DNA from: a virus
Lineage: Duplodnaviria > Heunggongvirae > Uroviricota > Caudoviricetes
Virus record (IMG/VR): IMGVR_UViG_2703718824_000005
Direction: 5' to 3' (one strand)
DNA: 32,827 nt
A program made the position numbers and the translations under genes. The notes beneath the pieces were generated by a model. It was not told the DNA's origin. It saw only the letters and a list, made by a program, of their open reading frames with translations, and ran no database searches. Each line of letters starts with the position of its first letter. Position 1 is the stretch's first letter. Shown in pieces: positions 1 to 7,073 of the stretch.

Positions 1-97
1 TCGGTGGCGGCGGCACAGTTGGTGTGGAGGCCTCAGTCCGGAACAATTTGAAAACAAGAACCTCGCTTAGGCCTGTGTCCATATTACGTGGGTAGGA

Positions 98-232
98 TCA
101 CATTGCCGGTGGACAAAATAAATGCTGCTTAGCATAACGACGCAATGTGGACACACTTGGAGGATTACTCCTAAATTTTTCCGCAGCCCATTCCTCAAGT
201 GTCAGCATTTGAAGCATTTTTGATAACCTCAT
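98..232 (-). CDS. xis: Excisionase (lambda Xis-like), unusually short (44 aa), possibly truncated
   Basis: Own translation of the minus strand: MRLSKMLQMLTLEEWAAEKFRSNPPSVSTLRRYAKQHLFCPPAM, matching lambda Xis motifs (LTLxEW, RRW/Y, FPPP) but stopping where lambda Xis continues about 30 aa further. Below the 60-aa ORF-track cutoff. Confidence 0.5.
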   Translation of the reverse strand: MRLSKMLQMLTLEEWAAEKFRSNPPSVSTLRRYAKQHLFCPPAM

Positions 233-272
233 TTCTTTTGCTACAAAACTATTTCACTAGTTAATTTCGCTG

Positions 273-809
273 TCAGGATTGCTTATGTATCTTATGCAGC
301 TCTTTAAAACGTTCCATAAATATCTCGTAGGCATGGCCAGGAGCCAGAGGAATAACTTCGAACATCTCTGTTGCTGGGATACCTTCCAATACTGGCCAGA
401 AAGAGCCATCATCAAGCCCGAGATCGCGGCGTTCGGTTGCCAGCATGATGAGATCGGCATATTTCACGGGCGTGCTCATAGCCTGAGGTAACCCGTATTT
501 CTCACGGATTACGGCGTCTATTTTTTCTTCCATCCGTTTATAGTCAGGAAGAAGGCGTTTCAGTGGTGCGGGAATGTCCTGGCAATACGCTTCTGTTGCA
601 TCATGCATTAACGCTTCAAAAGCAAATTCCTGCGGCACCAGCTGGCTGCAAAGAACCGCATGTTGGGCGACGCTGTAGAAGTGCGAAAGATGACCGGCAA
701 AGCGACAGATATTTGAAAGGGAAACCGCGATATCGTTAATATCGATGTCGTCTTTATTTATCCTGCCATAATAAAAATGCTTCCCGGAAAAAGTTTTAAT
801 AAATGACAT
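273..809 (-). CDS. yfdR: HD-domain phosphohydrolase (YfdR-like 5'-deoxynucleotidase family)
   Basis: ORF 273..836 trimmed to the internal ATG at 809, which has a GGAG RBS; 178 aa with an HD motif (MHDATEAY); same size and neighbourhood as CPS-53 YfdR. Confidence 0.8.
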   Translation of the reverse strand: MSFIKTFSGKHFYYGRINKDDIDINDIAVSLSNICRFAGHLSHFYSVAQHAVLCSQLVPQEFAFEALMHDATEAYCQDIPAPLKRLLPDYKRMEEKIDAVIREKYGLPQAMSTPVKYADLIMLATERRDLGLDDGSFWPVLEGIPATEMFEVIPLAPGHAYEIFMERFKELHKIHKQS

Positions 810-902
810 TTTGTTCTCCACGTATATGCACTGCACCGCGCTGAATTCTGGTAAAAGGAAGCCCTCACCATCCGGCGATTATTGAGTTAATTACGTTTCC
901 AT

Positions 903-924
903 AAATGCCCCCGCAGGGGCATTT
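903..924. other. Perfect 9-bp stem, 4-nt loop hairpin (aaatgcccc-cgca-ggggcattt) between the yfdQ-like and yfdR-like genes
   Basis: Seen directly; no U-tract on either strand, so not a canonical intrinsic terminator; possible processing or attenuation site. Confidence 0.3.
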
Positions 925-936
925 GCAGTAATGAAA

Positions 937-1761
937 TCAGGCGGTGAAAGTACCAATAAAGGTTTCTACTTTGCTGTCTTTGAATTTCTCAACAAGCAGA
1001 TCACGAAATTCGTTAGCCATTTCTTCCTGCACTGCTTCCAGCTGAATAATGCGCAGAACCAGTACAGGACGATCGCCAGTGATAATGCTGAGGCGTAATT
1101 TAAACGGACGTTCTTTCAGACCTTCAAACGGAACGCATTTAAATTCAAATGCCACTGGCATAATATCTTTGGTCTTCGCTTCGACAGACTCCATCAGGGA
1201 GCGTTTGCCGCTGAAGTCATTATCTTCAAAATCAGCGGTCTGGTTTGCTTCAATCGTGATTTTACGGACAGCCGCAGCCGCTTTTGTTGCCTGAATAGCG
1301 TCACCATTAGCATCAAAGCCCACAAGGTAGTCGGCCCAGTCTTCAATCCATTCTGCCAGTGACTTCTGGGAGTTACGCTCGCCATTAACAGACAACAGAG
1401 CAGAGAACGGCGCTGCCTTTTTCAGTTTGAGAGTGGCGGTGTTATCTGCGTGACCTGGTTCATCAATAGTACCCAGGTTAAGCACACTGACGGCACGCAT
1501 ATTATCAGCATCGATAAAGCAGCGGGTGCCTTCATCTGCAAGATCTTTAGAATAACGGGTAAAGTCATCGATGCTGGCAGTGGAAAGCGCACCACGGAAA
1601 CGGAAGCGATTTAAATTAAATTTTTCCAGATCATGAATGCGGAAATTTTCAGGTAATGCCACTGCGTCGGCACCAATCTTACTGATAATTTCATTAACAC
1701 CCTGAGCAGAAATAAGGGCATGGATTTGATTAATTGCGGTTGCGTCTAAGTTCTGAGACAT
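937..1761 (-). CDS. yfdQ: YfdQ-family protein (DUF2303), prophage early-left gene
   Basis: 274-aa ORF, same length as E. coli CPS-53 YfdQ; sits between the YfdP-like and YfdR-like genes on the same strand. Confidence 0.8.
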   Translation of the reverse strand: MSQNLDATAINQIHALISAQGVNEIISKIGADAVALPENFRIHDLEKFNLNRFRFRGALSTASIDDFTRYSKDLADEGTRCFIDADNMRAVSVLNLGTIDEPGHADNTATLKLKKAAPFSALLSVNGERNSQKSLAEWIEDWADYLVGFDANGDAIQATKAAAAVRKITIEANQTADFEDNDFSGKRSLMESVEAKTKDIMPVAFEFKCVPFEGLKERPFKLRLSIITGDRPVLVLRIIQLEAVQEEMANEFRDLLVEKFKDSKVETFIGTFTA

Positions 1762-1826
1762 AATAAGTCCTCACTATACAAAGATATTCAGTGATGAGAT
1801 AAATAATCAGTTTATTAAGAACGATA

Positions 1827-2189
1827 TTAACGACCTGCTGCGCGGAGTTTTCCGTCAGGTTCACCGGCAAGAGTCAGTAATTGTCCCTGGTCTTCCTGCA
1901 GAATAGTCAGGCGACCACCGCGATTGACATACATCGGCGTTTCGGTAGTGTCTTCTTCGGAAATTTTCCCGCGGTTAGTTGGGCGAACATATGAGAGTTT
2001 GTGTTTGATTTTCACACGGTTCTCATCAAATGGTTCAATTTCCAGGTTGAGCGAGACCTTACCTTTGGTTTTCGTGTTCATCACACCGGAAGCGACTTCA
2101 CTGAGAACTGCGCCGATTTTGGTTTCAAATACGCCGCCGTCCAGCTCCCCGATAAATGCCTGTACATCAGTACTGCGTTCGCTAGCCAT
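1827..2189 (-). CDS. yfdP: YfdP-family protein
   Basis: ORF 1827..2417 trimmed to the ATG at 2189 (MASERST...), which has a GGAG RBS 8 nt upstream; 120 aa as for CPS-53 YfdP. The 76-codon N-terminal extension in the track looks non-coding (His/Gly/Cys-rich, spans the hairpins). Confidence 0.7.
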   Translation of the reverse strand: MASERSTDVQAFIGELDGGVFETKIGAVLSEVASGVMNTKTKGKVSLNLEIEPFDENRVKIKHKLSYVRPTNRGKISEEDTTETPMYVNRGGRLTILQEDQGQLLTLAGEPDGKLRAAGR

Positions 2190-2237
2190 TTTGCTGCTCC
2201 TCATCATATCGACCCTGCAAGGCCTATTAGTTTCTCC

Positions 2238-2326
2238 ACAAAACAGAGAAGAACACCTGTGGTGGCCGCCGCCCGGATGGATTGGGTTATGAGCCCGTCG
2301 TCCGGTGATGCTCTTCTCTGTTTTGT
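2238..2326. repeat. Long inverted repeat: 15-bp perfect arms (acaaaacagagaaga / tcttctctgttttgt) around a 59-nt GC-rich loop, in the yfdP leader
   Basis: Arms at 2238-2252 and 2312-2326 are exact reverse complements; lies just downstream, on the leftward transcript, of the terminator-like hairpin at 2327-2370. Confidence 0.5.
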
Positions 2327-2370
2327 AAAAAGGACGGTACCAGCCGGAAGCAAGGGTACAAGCTGGTACC
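2327..2370 (-). terminator. Candidate intrinsic terminator on the leftward transcript (tL-like): 9-bp stem GGTACCAGC/GCTGGTACC, 17-nt loop, then GUCCUUUUU on the minus strand
   Basis: Perfect inverted repeat 2336-2344 / 2362-2370; the minus-strand RNA has a U5 run (plus 2327-2331 aaaaa) immediately 3' of the stem. Confidence 0.4.
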
Positions 2371-2468
2371 GCCAAGACTACACACAGCAATGAAACTATT
2401 GCCTGTCTTTTCACCACTTCAGGCTCGGTGGTATGCTGGAGTTCTCACACAGCCAGCAAGGAAACCTA

Positions 2469-2810
2469 ATGAACCAGTTTTATGTTCACGTTCGTCTGTT
2501 TGAAGCAACAGCCGAACAGACCAAAAAATTTGAAGAATTAATGCTTAACTTTCTGTACCAGAAAACAATCAAAGAGTCTGACGATAGCTGCTGCAGACTG
2601 ATTCCAGAGGGATATATCCTCAAAAGCACAATGAACTGCCAACAAATCCTTGATCAAACTTTTTCCATTGCTAACAGTGCTGGTGTTGACGCAAATATAT
2701 TTGTCTGCAAATTTGAACAAAGCGCATGCTTACTTCCGTCTGCTTCCTTAGTTGGCAACGATTTTGTTCATCACGATCTTACGCCTAAGCCCATCAAGCT
2801 CGATTCTTAA
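2469..2810 (+). CDS. Hypothetical protein (113 aa), AT-rich, opposite strand to the P_L operon
   Basis: ORF 2433..2810 trimmed to ATG 2469 (AAGGAAA RBS); fills a 560-bp stretch with no minus-strand ORF; its 3' end overlaps the convergent gene 2748..3056 by 63 bp. No recognisable family. Confidence 0.35.
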   Translation: MNQFYVHVRLFEATAEQTKKFEELMLNFLYQKTIKESDDSCCRLIPEGYILKSTMNCQQILDQTFSIANSAGVDANIFVCKFEQSACLLPSASLVGNDFVHHDLTPKPIKLDS

Positions 2811-3056
2811 TGCCTTAACCATTGTGTCGTGATAAACACGGCTCACCCTCTCTCCATTGCATGGCAGGGGGGTGATCGTGTTAGCCATGAAATTCATGAA
2901 CTTGGTTCGATCAGGATCTTGCGCCCCGCAAGTCTTTAATGCCTGTTTTGCTAACAAAATACGGGCCTCAGTGCCTGCATTTGGCTCTATCTGCTGCAAA
3001 CGTTTAGCGTCTTCCAGCAACAATGCGATCACATGCTTCAAATCCTGCTCATTCAT
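2748..3056 (-). CDS. Hypothetical protein, first gene of the leftward (P_L) operon, in the position lambda uses for N
   Basis: 102-aa ORF with a GGAGAG RBS 5 nt upstream of the ATG at 3056; located 100-150 bp downstream of the candidate P_L. Not arginine-rich at the N-terminus, so not an obvious N homologue. Confidence 0.55.
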   Translation of the reverse strand: MNEQDLKHVIALLLEDAKRLQQIEPNAGTEARILLAKQALKTCGAQDPDRTKFMNFMANTITPLPCNGERVSRVYHDTMVKALRIELDGLRRKIVMNKIVAN

Positions 3057-3149
3057 CTATTCTCTCCACTGAAATCATCCGCTAACGAATCATCCCGGTC
3101 TTCGTACGTACCGGGCGGGCTACTTCGTGGGTGTCCTGCCTGTTCGTTG

Positions 3150-3215
3150 TCTTAACACCTTTAAGTTGTAATTTAGTTGTGGTTTTGAATGTTGTCAACA
3201 ACTTTATGTGGTTTG
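3150..3215 (-). promoter_or_regulatory. O_L-like operator cluster with candidate leftward promoter P_L
   Basis: Minus strand reads TTGACA (3198-3193), 17-nt spacer, TAAATT (3175-3170). Motifs AACACCTTTAAGTTGT (3153-3168) and ACAACTTTATGT (about 3198-3209) recur at the cI-cro intergenic region. Confidence 0.4.
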
Positions 3216-3261
3216 AACGAGTAGCCAAGGAGTGCAAGGATTATCAAAAAAAGGAGGTTGT

Positions 3262-4152
3262 ATGGAAGACGCGCTTTACGCTTTTAATTACACACAGAAC
3301 CGGGACAAGTTATTTGCTAACTTGATTAGCATCATTGATGGAATCATTGCAGATGGAGTTGTCCGTGAAGAGGAGGTTCTTTACTTAGATACATGGTTAC
3401 TTGAAGCAAAGCAGATTATCAATAATGGAGTTATAAAAAGTCTATCTGCTCGGGTGTCGGATATTCTTGCGGATGGAATAATCACATCAGAAGAACGTGA
3501 TGACCTTAAAAATAGCCTTCTCCAAATACAGAGGGAAATTCTTGATATCCCTGAAATTGATTTTTACTCCAAGGATGTAGATGTCCATTTACTTAATGGA
3601 CTATGTAAAGGATTAATTGCTGATCGGAACTTAACTCAAGAAGAAATAAGATATCTTAATTGGTGGCTTGAGCAAAATGGAGCTTTGAAGAACAACTACC
3701 CAGGAAAAAAACTTTATGCACTTGTAAAGGAAATTCTTAAAGATGGTGTTATTACTGAAGATGAGAGTTTAACTCTACATAAGGCATTAGTAGACTTCAC
3801 AGGATGTGACTTGGAAAGTGGGGTGGTGGATGGTTTGGCGACCAGGCTGCCTATTGATGTAGGGGCTTCGATAGAGTTAGAGGGTAAAACCTATTGTCTT
3901 ACAGGCACTTTTGTTGCAGGAAAGAGAGCCGTAGTTGAAAATTTGATTAAAAATGCTGGTGGGAACATCAGTAGTGGAATTACTCAAAAGTTGGATTTTT
4001 TAGTAATTGGGACGCTTTCCTCCCGTGATTGGAAATTCTCTAGTCACGGAAGGAAGATCGAAAAGGCTATATCTTATAGGGATGATAATGGTGCAAAACT
4101 TAAAATTATTTCTGAAGAAATGCTTTTCGATGCATTACCAAGTTCGCGATGA
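3262..4152 (+). CDS. Moron protein with four TerB-like repeats and a C-terminal BRCT domain
   Basis: ORF 3232..4152 trimmed to ATG 3262 (AAGGAGG RBS, 5-nt spacer); 296 aa. Four roughly 45-aa repeats with the motif ADG-x-(V/I)-(T/R)-x-EE-x3-L; the C-terminus (LEGKTYCLTGTF...KLDFLVIG...) matches the NAD-ligase-type BRCT pattern. AT-rich relative to flanking phage genes; 3' end overlaps cI by 18 bp. Confidence 0.8.
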   Translation: MEDALYAFNYTQNRDKLFANLISIIDGIIADGVVREEEVLYLDTWLLEAKQIINNGVIKSLSARVSDILADGIITSEERDDLKNSLLQIQREILDIPEIDFYSKDVDVHLLNGLCKGLIADRNLTQEEIRYLNWWLEQNGALKNNYPGKKLYALVKEILKDGVITEDESLTLHKALVDFTGCDLESGVVDGLATRLPIDVGASIELEGKTYCLTGTFVAGKRAVVENLIKNAGGNISSGITQKLDFLVIGTLSSRDWKFSSHGRKIEKAISYRDDNGAKLKIISEEMLFDALPSSR

Positions 4153-4821
4153 CCAGAATACCCTACCTATAACATGAATTCTGGCTCGTCTATCTTCAAA
4201 GGTGAGTATTTCATCTGGGTACTCATCTTTGTTGAAGCTTCTAAGAATCAAGCCACCGTCAGGTAAGTTGATAAGTATTTTAACCCTTAGCAATACACCA
4301 TCTCGTACGGCATAAAGATCGCCATCACGAATAGGAACGGTTTGAGAAATATCAACGGCAACAAGATCTCCATTATTGAGAACCGGTAATAAACTGTTCC
4401 CCCATATTTGTACGATCTTGGCATTAGATGCACATACGCCAGATTTTCTCAAATCTGCTCTTCTTAACGGAAACCAGTCAATAGCTGATTCAACTATTTC
4501 AGCCAGACATCCGTTACCTGCCGATAACTCGACATCTAAAACAGGAATGTTTACGAAAATATCGGGGTCTAATGCGGTGCTTTCTGCTTCTTTTACAACA
4601 AGATCAGGTATGGATGCGTTGTCTTCAATACCAAGTTGTAACCACTTTTGTGATACACCTAAAACTTTTGCAATTTCTTTAATTTTGCGCGGTTGTAGAG
4701 TTTCGCCATTCTCTATTTTGGCTACAGATTGTTGTGAAAGTCCAATTTTTTCAGCTAGTTGAGCTTGGCTCATGCCAGCTTTCTCTCTACCTATCTTTAA
4801 TCGTTCTGCCAGTGTTTTCAC
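4135..4821 (-). CDS. cI: CI-type prophage repressor (XRE HTH + S24 LexA-like peptidase domain)
   Basis: 228 aa; N-terminal HTH (SQAQLAEKIGLSQQSVAKIENG) and C-terminal autocleavage-type domain; divergent from the cro-like gene across an operator-rich spacer; GTG start with GAGAGGG RBS. Confidence 0.9.
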   Translation of the reverse strand: MKTLAERLKIGREKAGMSQAQLAEKIGLSQQSVAKIENGETLQPRKIKEIAKVLGVSQKWLQLGIEDNASIPDLVVKEAESTALDPDIFVNIPVLDVELSAGNGCLAEIVESAIDWFPLRRADLRKSGVCASNAKIVQIWGNSLLPVLNNGDLVAVDISQTVPIRDGDLYAVRDGVLLRVKILINLPDGGLILRSFNKDEYPDEILTFEDRRARIHVIGRVFWSSRTW

Positions 4822-4844
4822 AACATATCCCTCTCTTTTTTGAT

Positions 4845-4940
4845 GAGGTTACAACTTTATGTTTTAGCTTTCCAACACCTAAAAGTTGTGGTGAAAGTTG
4901 TTAATGTTGTATTCTTGCAGCTCGTAACAACTTAACTACC
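4845..4940. promoter_or_regulatory. O_R-like operator cluster with divergent P_RM/P_R region between cI and cro
   Basis: Repeated half-sites ACAACTT / AAGTTGT at about 4850, 4884, 4895 and 4926, including AACACCTAAAAGTTGT (4874-4889), which is near-identical to the 3153-3168 motif. Exact -35/-10 elements not resolved. Confidence 0.4.
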
Positions 4941-4956
4941 AAAAAAGGAGAAAGCT

Positions 4957-5205
4957 ATGACACCTGAGCAATTAGCCTTATCGGAGGCAATCGCTCTGGC
5001 TGGTGGTCAATCAGAATTGGCTCGGAAGCTCACAGCCAGCAGCGGTCATTTAGTAAAGCAACAACATGTCTGGAACTGGTTGAACAGAGAAAAGCGTCCC
5101 CCTGCAAAGCTCTCGATATTCATTGAAAAGACCACTGGCATATCAAAAGAAAAATTACGTCCAGATATTTTTCAAAAGATTAAAGATTCATCAGATGAAA
5201 AGTAA
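4957..5205 (+). CDS. cro: Cro-like / YdaS-family HTH regulator
   Basis: 82 aa; AGGAG RBS 7 nt upstream; HTH segment (GGQSELARKLTASSGHLVKQ) and a C-terminal EKLRPDIF motif typical of YdaS-type Cro proteins; divergent from cI. Confidence 0.8.
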   Translation: MTPEQLALSEAIALAGGQSELARKLTASSGHLVKQQHVWNWLNREKRPPAKLSIFIEKTTGISKEKLRPDIFQKIKDSSDEK

Positions 5206-5227
5206 CCACAGTTTTAAGGAGATAGCC

Positions 5228-5785
5228 GTGGGTAAGCATCACTGGAAAATAGAAAAACAGCCTGAGTGGTACGTGAAAGCTGTCAGAAAAACTATCGCGG
5301 CGTTGCCGGGGGGTTACGCTGAAGCCGCTGACTGGCTGGATGTAACAGAGAACGCTTTATTCAACCGCCTTCGTGCAGATGGCGATCAGATTTTCCCGCT
5401 GGGATGGGCAATGGTTTTACAGCGTGCTGGTGGCACTCACTTCATTGCTGATGCTGTGGCGCAGTCTGCAAATGGCGTCTTTGTGTCTCTTCCTGACGTC
5501 GAGGATGTGGACAACGCCGATATTAACCAGCGTCTGCTGGAAGTCATTGAACAGATCGGCAGTTATTCAAAACAGATTCGTTCAGCAATCGAAGACGGCG
5601 TAGTGGAACCGCATGAGAAGACAGCAATTAACGACGAGCTGTATCTCTCAATTTCGAAGCTGCAGGAGCATGCAGCACTTGTCTACAAAATTTTTTGCAT
5701 TTCAGAAAGTAATGACGCCCGCGAGTGTGCAGCTCCGGGCGTCGTGGCGTCGATTGCTTCTGGTTGTGGAGAAACTAACGCATGA
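5228..5785 (+). CDS. Phage regulatory protein, CII / YdaT-like
   Basis: Position directly after cro; GTG start at 5228 preceded by AAGGAG (alternative in-frame ATG at 5195 overlapping the cro stop). Family assignment is from position and general sequence character only. Confidence 0.55.
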   Translation: MGKHHWKIEKQPEWYVKAVRKTIAALPGGYAEAADWLDVTENALFNRLRADGDQIFPLGWAMVLQRAGGTHFIADAVAQSANGVFVSLPDVEDVDNADINQRLLEVIEQIGSYSKQIRSAIEDGVVEPHEKTAINDELYLSISKLQEHAALVYKIFCISESNDARECAAPGVVASIASGCGETNA

Positions 5786-6120
5786 ACAGTTTAACAACAC
5801 ACTACCGTCGCTCGCAACTGATTGCGCTTCCTGTACCGGGTGGAAAAGCGAAGGTGGAATATTGCTATGCAGTGAATGTACCAGGTGACAGGGAAATTGT
5901 AACCCACAGCTTTGCAGAGTGGGCTGTGGGTGATTTCAACCGGCAGAAGGAGACAGTCCTTTGCGACAAGTTAACCGCTGGTTCAAAGATCACTACGGAG
6001 TGCTCGTCAGAGTCATTCGTTGGGAGCCGGAAACACAACGGGTTATCTACCTCCGCGAAGGTTATGAGCATGAATGCTTCAGTCCGCTCGAACAGTTTCG
6101 TCGTAAATTCAGGGAAATAG
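5782..6120 (+). CDS. Hypothetical protein; only the N-terminal part looks coding, possible frameshifted gene or two overlapping genes
   Basis: ATGA overlap with the upstream stop. The first 60 aa or so look protein-like; the C-terminal 50 aa are Ser-rich and low-complexity, while frame 0 (5961-6140, TTG start after AAGGAG) encodes a well-formed 59-aa peptide (see findings). Confidence 0.35.
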   Translation: MNSLTTHYRRSQLIALPVPGGKAKVEYCYAVNVPGDREIVTHSFAEWAVGDFNRQKETVLCDKLTAGSKITTECSSESFVGSRKHNGLSTSAKVMSMNASVRSNSFVVNSGK

Positions 6121-6129
6121 AGGTCGGTC

Positions 6130-7071
6130 ATGAGCACTAAATTAACCGGCTATGTATGGGATGGTTGCGCTGCATCAGGCATGAAGTTATCCAGCGTGGC
6201 AATTATGGCCCGCCTGGCTGATTTCAGTAATGACGAAGGTGTGTGCTGGCCATCAATTGAAACCATTGCCCGTCAGATTGGCGCGGGGATGAGTACCGTC
6301 AGAACGGCTATCGCACGGCTGGAAGCAGAAGGCTGGTTAACGCGTAAGGCGCGTCGCCAGGGTAACCGCAATGCGTCGAATGTTTATCAGCTTAACGTTG
6401 CGAAGCTTCAGGCAGCGGCATTTTCTCAACTGTCAGATTCTGACCCGTCAAAATCTGACGCATCAAAATCTGACCCGTCAAAATTTGATGCGTCGAAATC
6501 TGGCAAAAAAGCGGGTTTTCACCCGTCAGAATCTGGCGGGGATCCGTCAGTAAAATCAAAACATGATCCGTCAGATAAAAAACCTTCTCGTCCGGACGCT
6601 TCGCAACCGGACACGCAGACGGATGAACAGGATTTTTTAACTCGCCATCCTGATGCGGTTGTATTCAGCCCTAAAAAGCGCCAGTGGGGGACGCAGGATG
6701 ATTTGACCTGCGCACAGTGGCTCTGGAAAAAAATCATCGCCCTGTACGAGCATGCCGCCGAATGTGACGGCGAGGTGGTTCGTCCCAAAGAACCGAACTG
6801 GACAGCCTGGGCAAACGAAATTCGCCTGATGTGTGTGCAGGATGGTCGTACTCATAAACAAATCTGCGAGATGTACAGCCGCGTCAGTCGCGATCCGTTC
6901 TGGTGCCGTAACGTGCTCAGCCCGTCGAAGCTGCGGGAAAAATGGGATGAGCTTTCCCTGCGCTTATCGCCGTCCGTCAGCACGTACACCGAAAAACGCG
7001 AAGACCCGTACTTCAAAGCCAGTTACGACAACGTGGACTACAGCCAGATCCCAGCAGGATTCAGGGGGTGA
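6130..7071 (+). CDS. Replication initiation protein, lambda O-like (N-terminal HTH, iteron-encoded central repeats, C-terminal domain)
   Basis: 313 aa; N-terminal HTH (WPSIETIARQIGAGMSTVRTAIARLEAEGWL); central SKSD/PSKSD peptide repeats encoded by 18-bp DNA iterons; gene position after cII. Confidence 0.8.
   Translation: MSTKLTGYVWDGCAASGMKLSSVAIMARLADFSNDEGVCWPSIETIARQIGAGMSTVRTAIARLEAEGWLTRKARRQGNRNASNVYQLNVAKLQAAAFSQLSDSDPSKSDASKSDPSKFDASKSGKKAGFHPSESGGDPSVKSKHDPSDKKPSRPDASQPDTQTDEQDFLTRHPDAVVFSPKKRQWGTQDDLTCAQWLWKKIIALYEHAAECDGEVVRPKEPNWTAWANEIRLMCVQDGRTHKQICEMYSRVSRDPFWCRNVLSPSKLREKWDELSLRLSPSVSTYTEKREDPYFKASYDNVDYSQIPAGFRG
6420..6600. repeat. Candidate replication origin: about seven 18-bp iterons (core CCGTCARAATCTGA) inside the O-like gene, with an A/T-rich stretch downstream (about 6625-6645)
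   Basis: Direct repeats seen at 18-bp periodicity (gacccgtcaaaatctga, gacccgtcaaaatttga, cacccgtcagaatctgg, gatccgtcag...); lambda-like ori-within-O arrangement. Confidence 0.55.
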
Positions 7072-7073
7072 TT

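Noticed and set aside
1-82. Partial minus-strand ORF running off the left edge (MDTGLSEVLVFKLFRTEASTPTVPPPP...)
   Set aside because: Only 27 codons are visible and there is no recognisable motif; cannot be called as integrase or a host gene from this fragment.
2190-2417. N-terminal 76 codons of track ORF 1827..2417 (upstream extension of the yfdP-like gene)
   Set aside because: The extension is His/Gly/Cys-rich and low-complexity, spans the structured hairpin region, and a GGAG RBS precedes the internal ATG at 2189; the resulting 120-aa product matches the expected YfdP size.
2538-2720. Minus-strand ORF 2538..2720 as an alternative to the plus-strand ORF 2469..2810
   Set aside because: Exactly 60 aa with no RBS and a less protein-like translation; the plus-strand ORF is longer with an RBS. 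Both remain uncertain.
3094-3115. Hairpin in the P_L leader considered as a nutL boxB
   Set aside because: No boxA-like sequence (CGCTCTTTA) is adjacent and the first P_L gene is not an Arg-rich N-like protein, so N-type antitermination is unsupported; kept only as an observation.
5123-5227. 5' extension of the cII-like ORF (track start at 5123, overlapping the cro 3' end)
   Set aside because: It overlaps cro in another frame for over 80 nt with no RBS; the GTG at 5228 has an AAGGAG RBS and the in-frame ATG at 5195 is the only other plausible start.
6420-6600. Short direct repeats considered as a possible CRISPR array
   Set aside because: The repeats are 18 bp, imperfect, have no unique spacers and lie in-frame inside a replication gene; they fit ori iterons, not CRISPR.
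6371-6861. ORFs 6371..6553 (+), 6519..6788 (-) and 6637..6861 (-) inside the O-like gene
   Set aside because: They are alternative-frame or antisense shadows within a well-supported gene; the 6371 ORF is an artefact of reading the iteron repeats in another frame.
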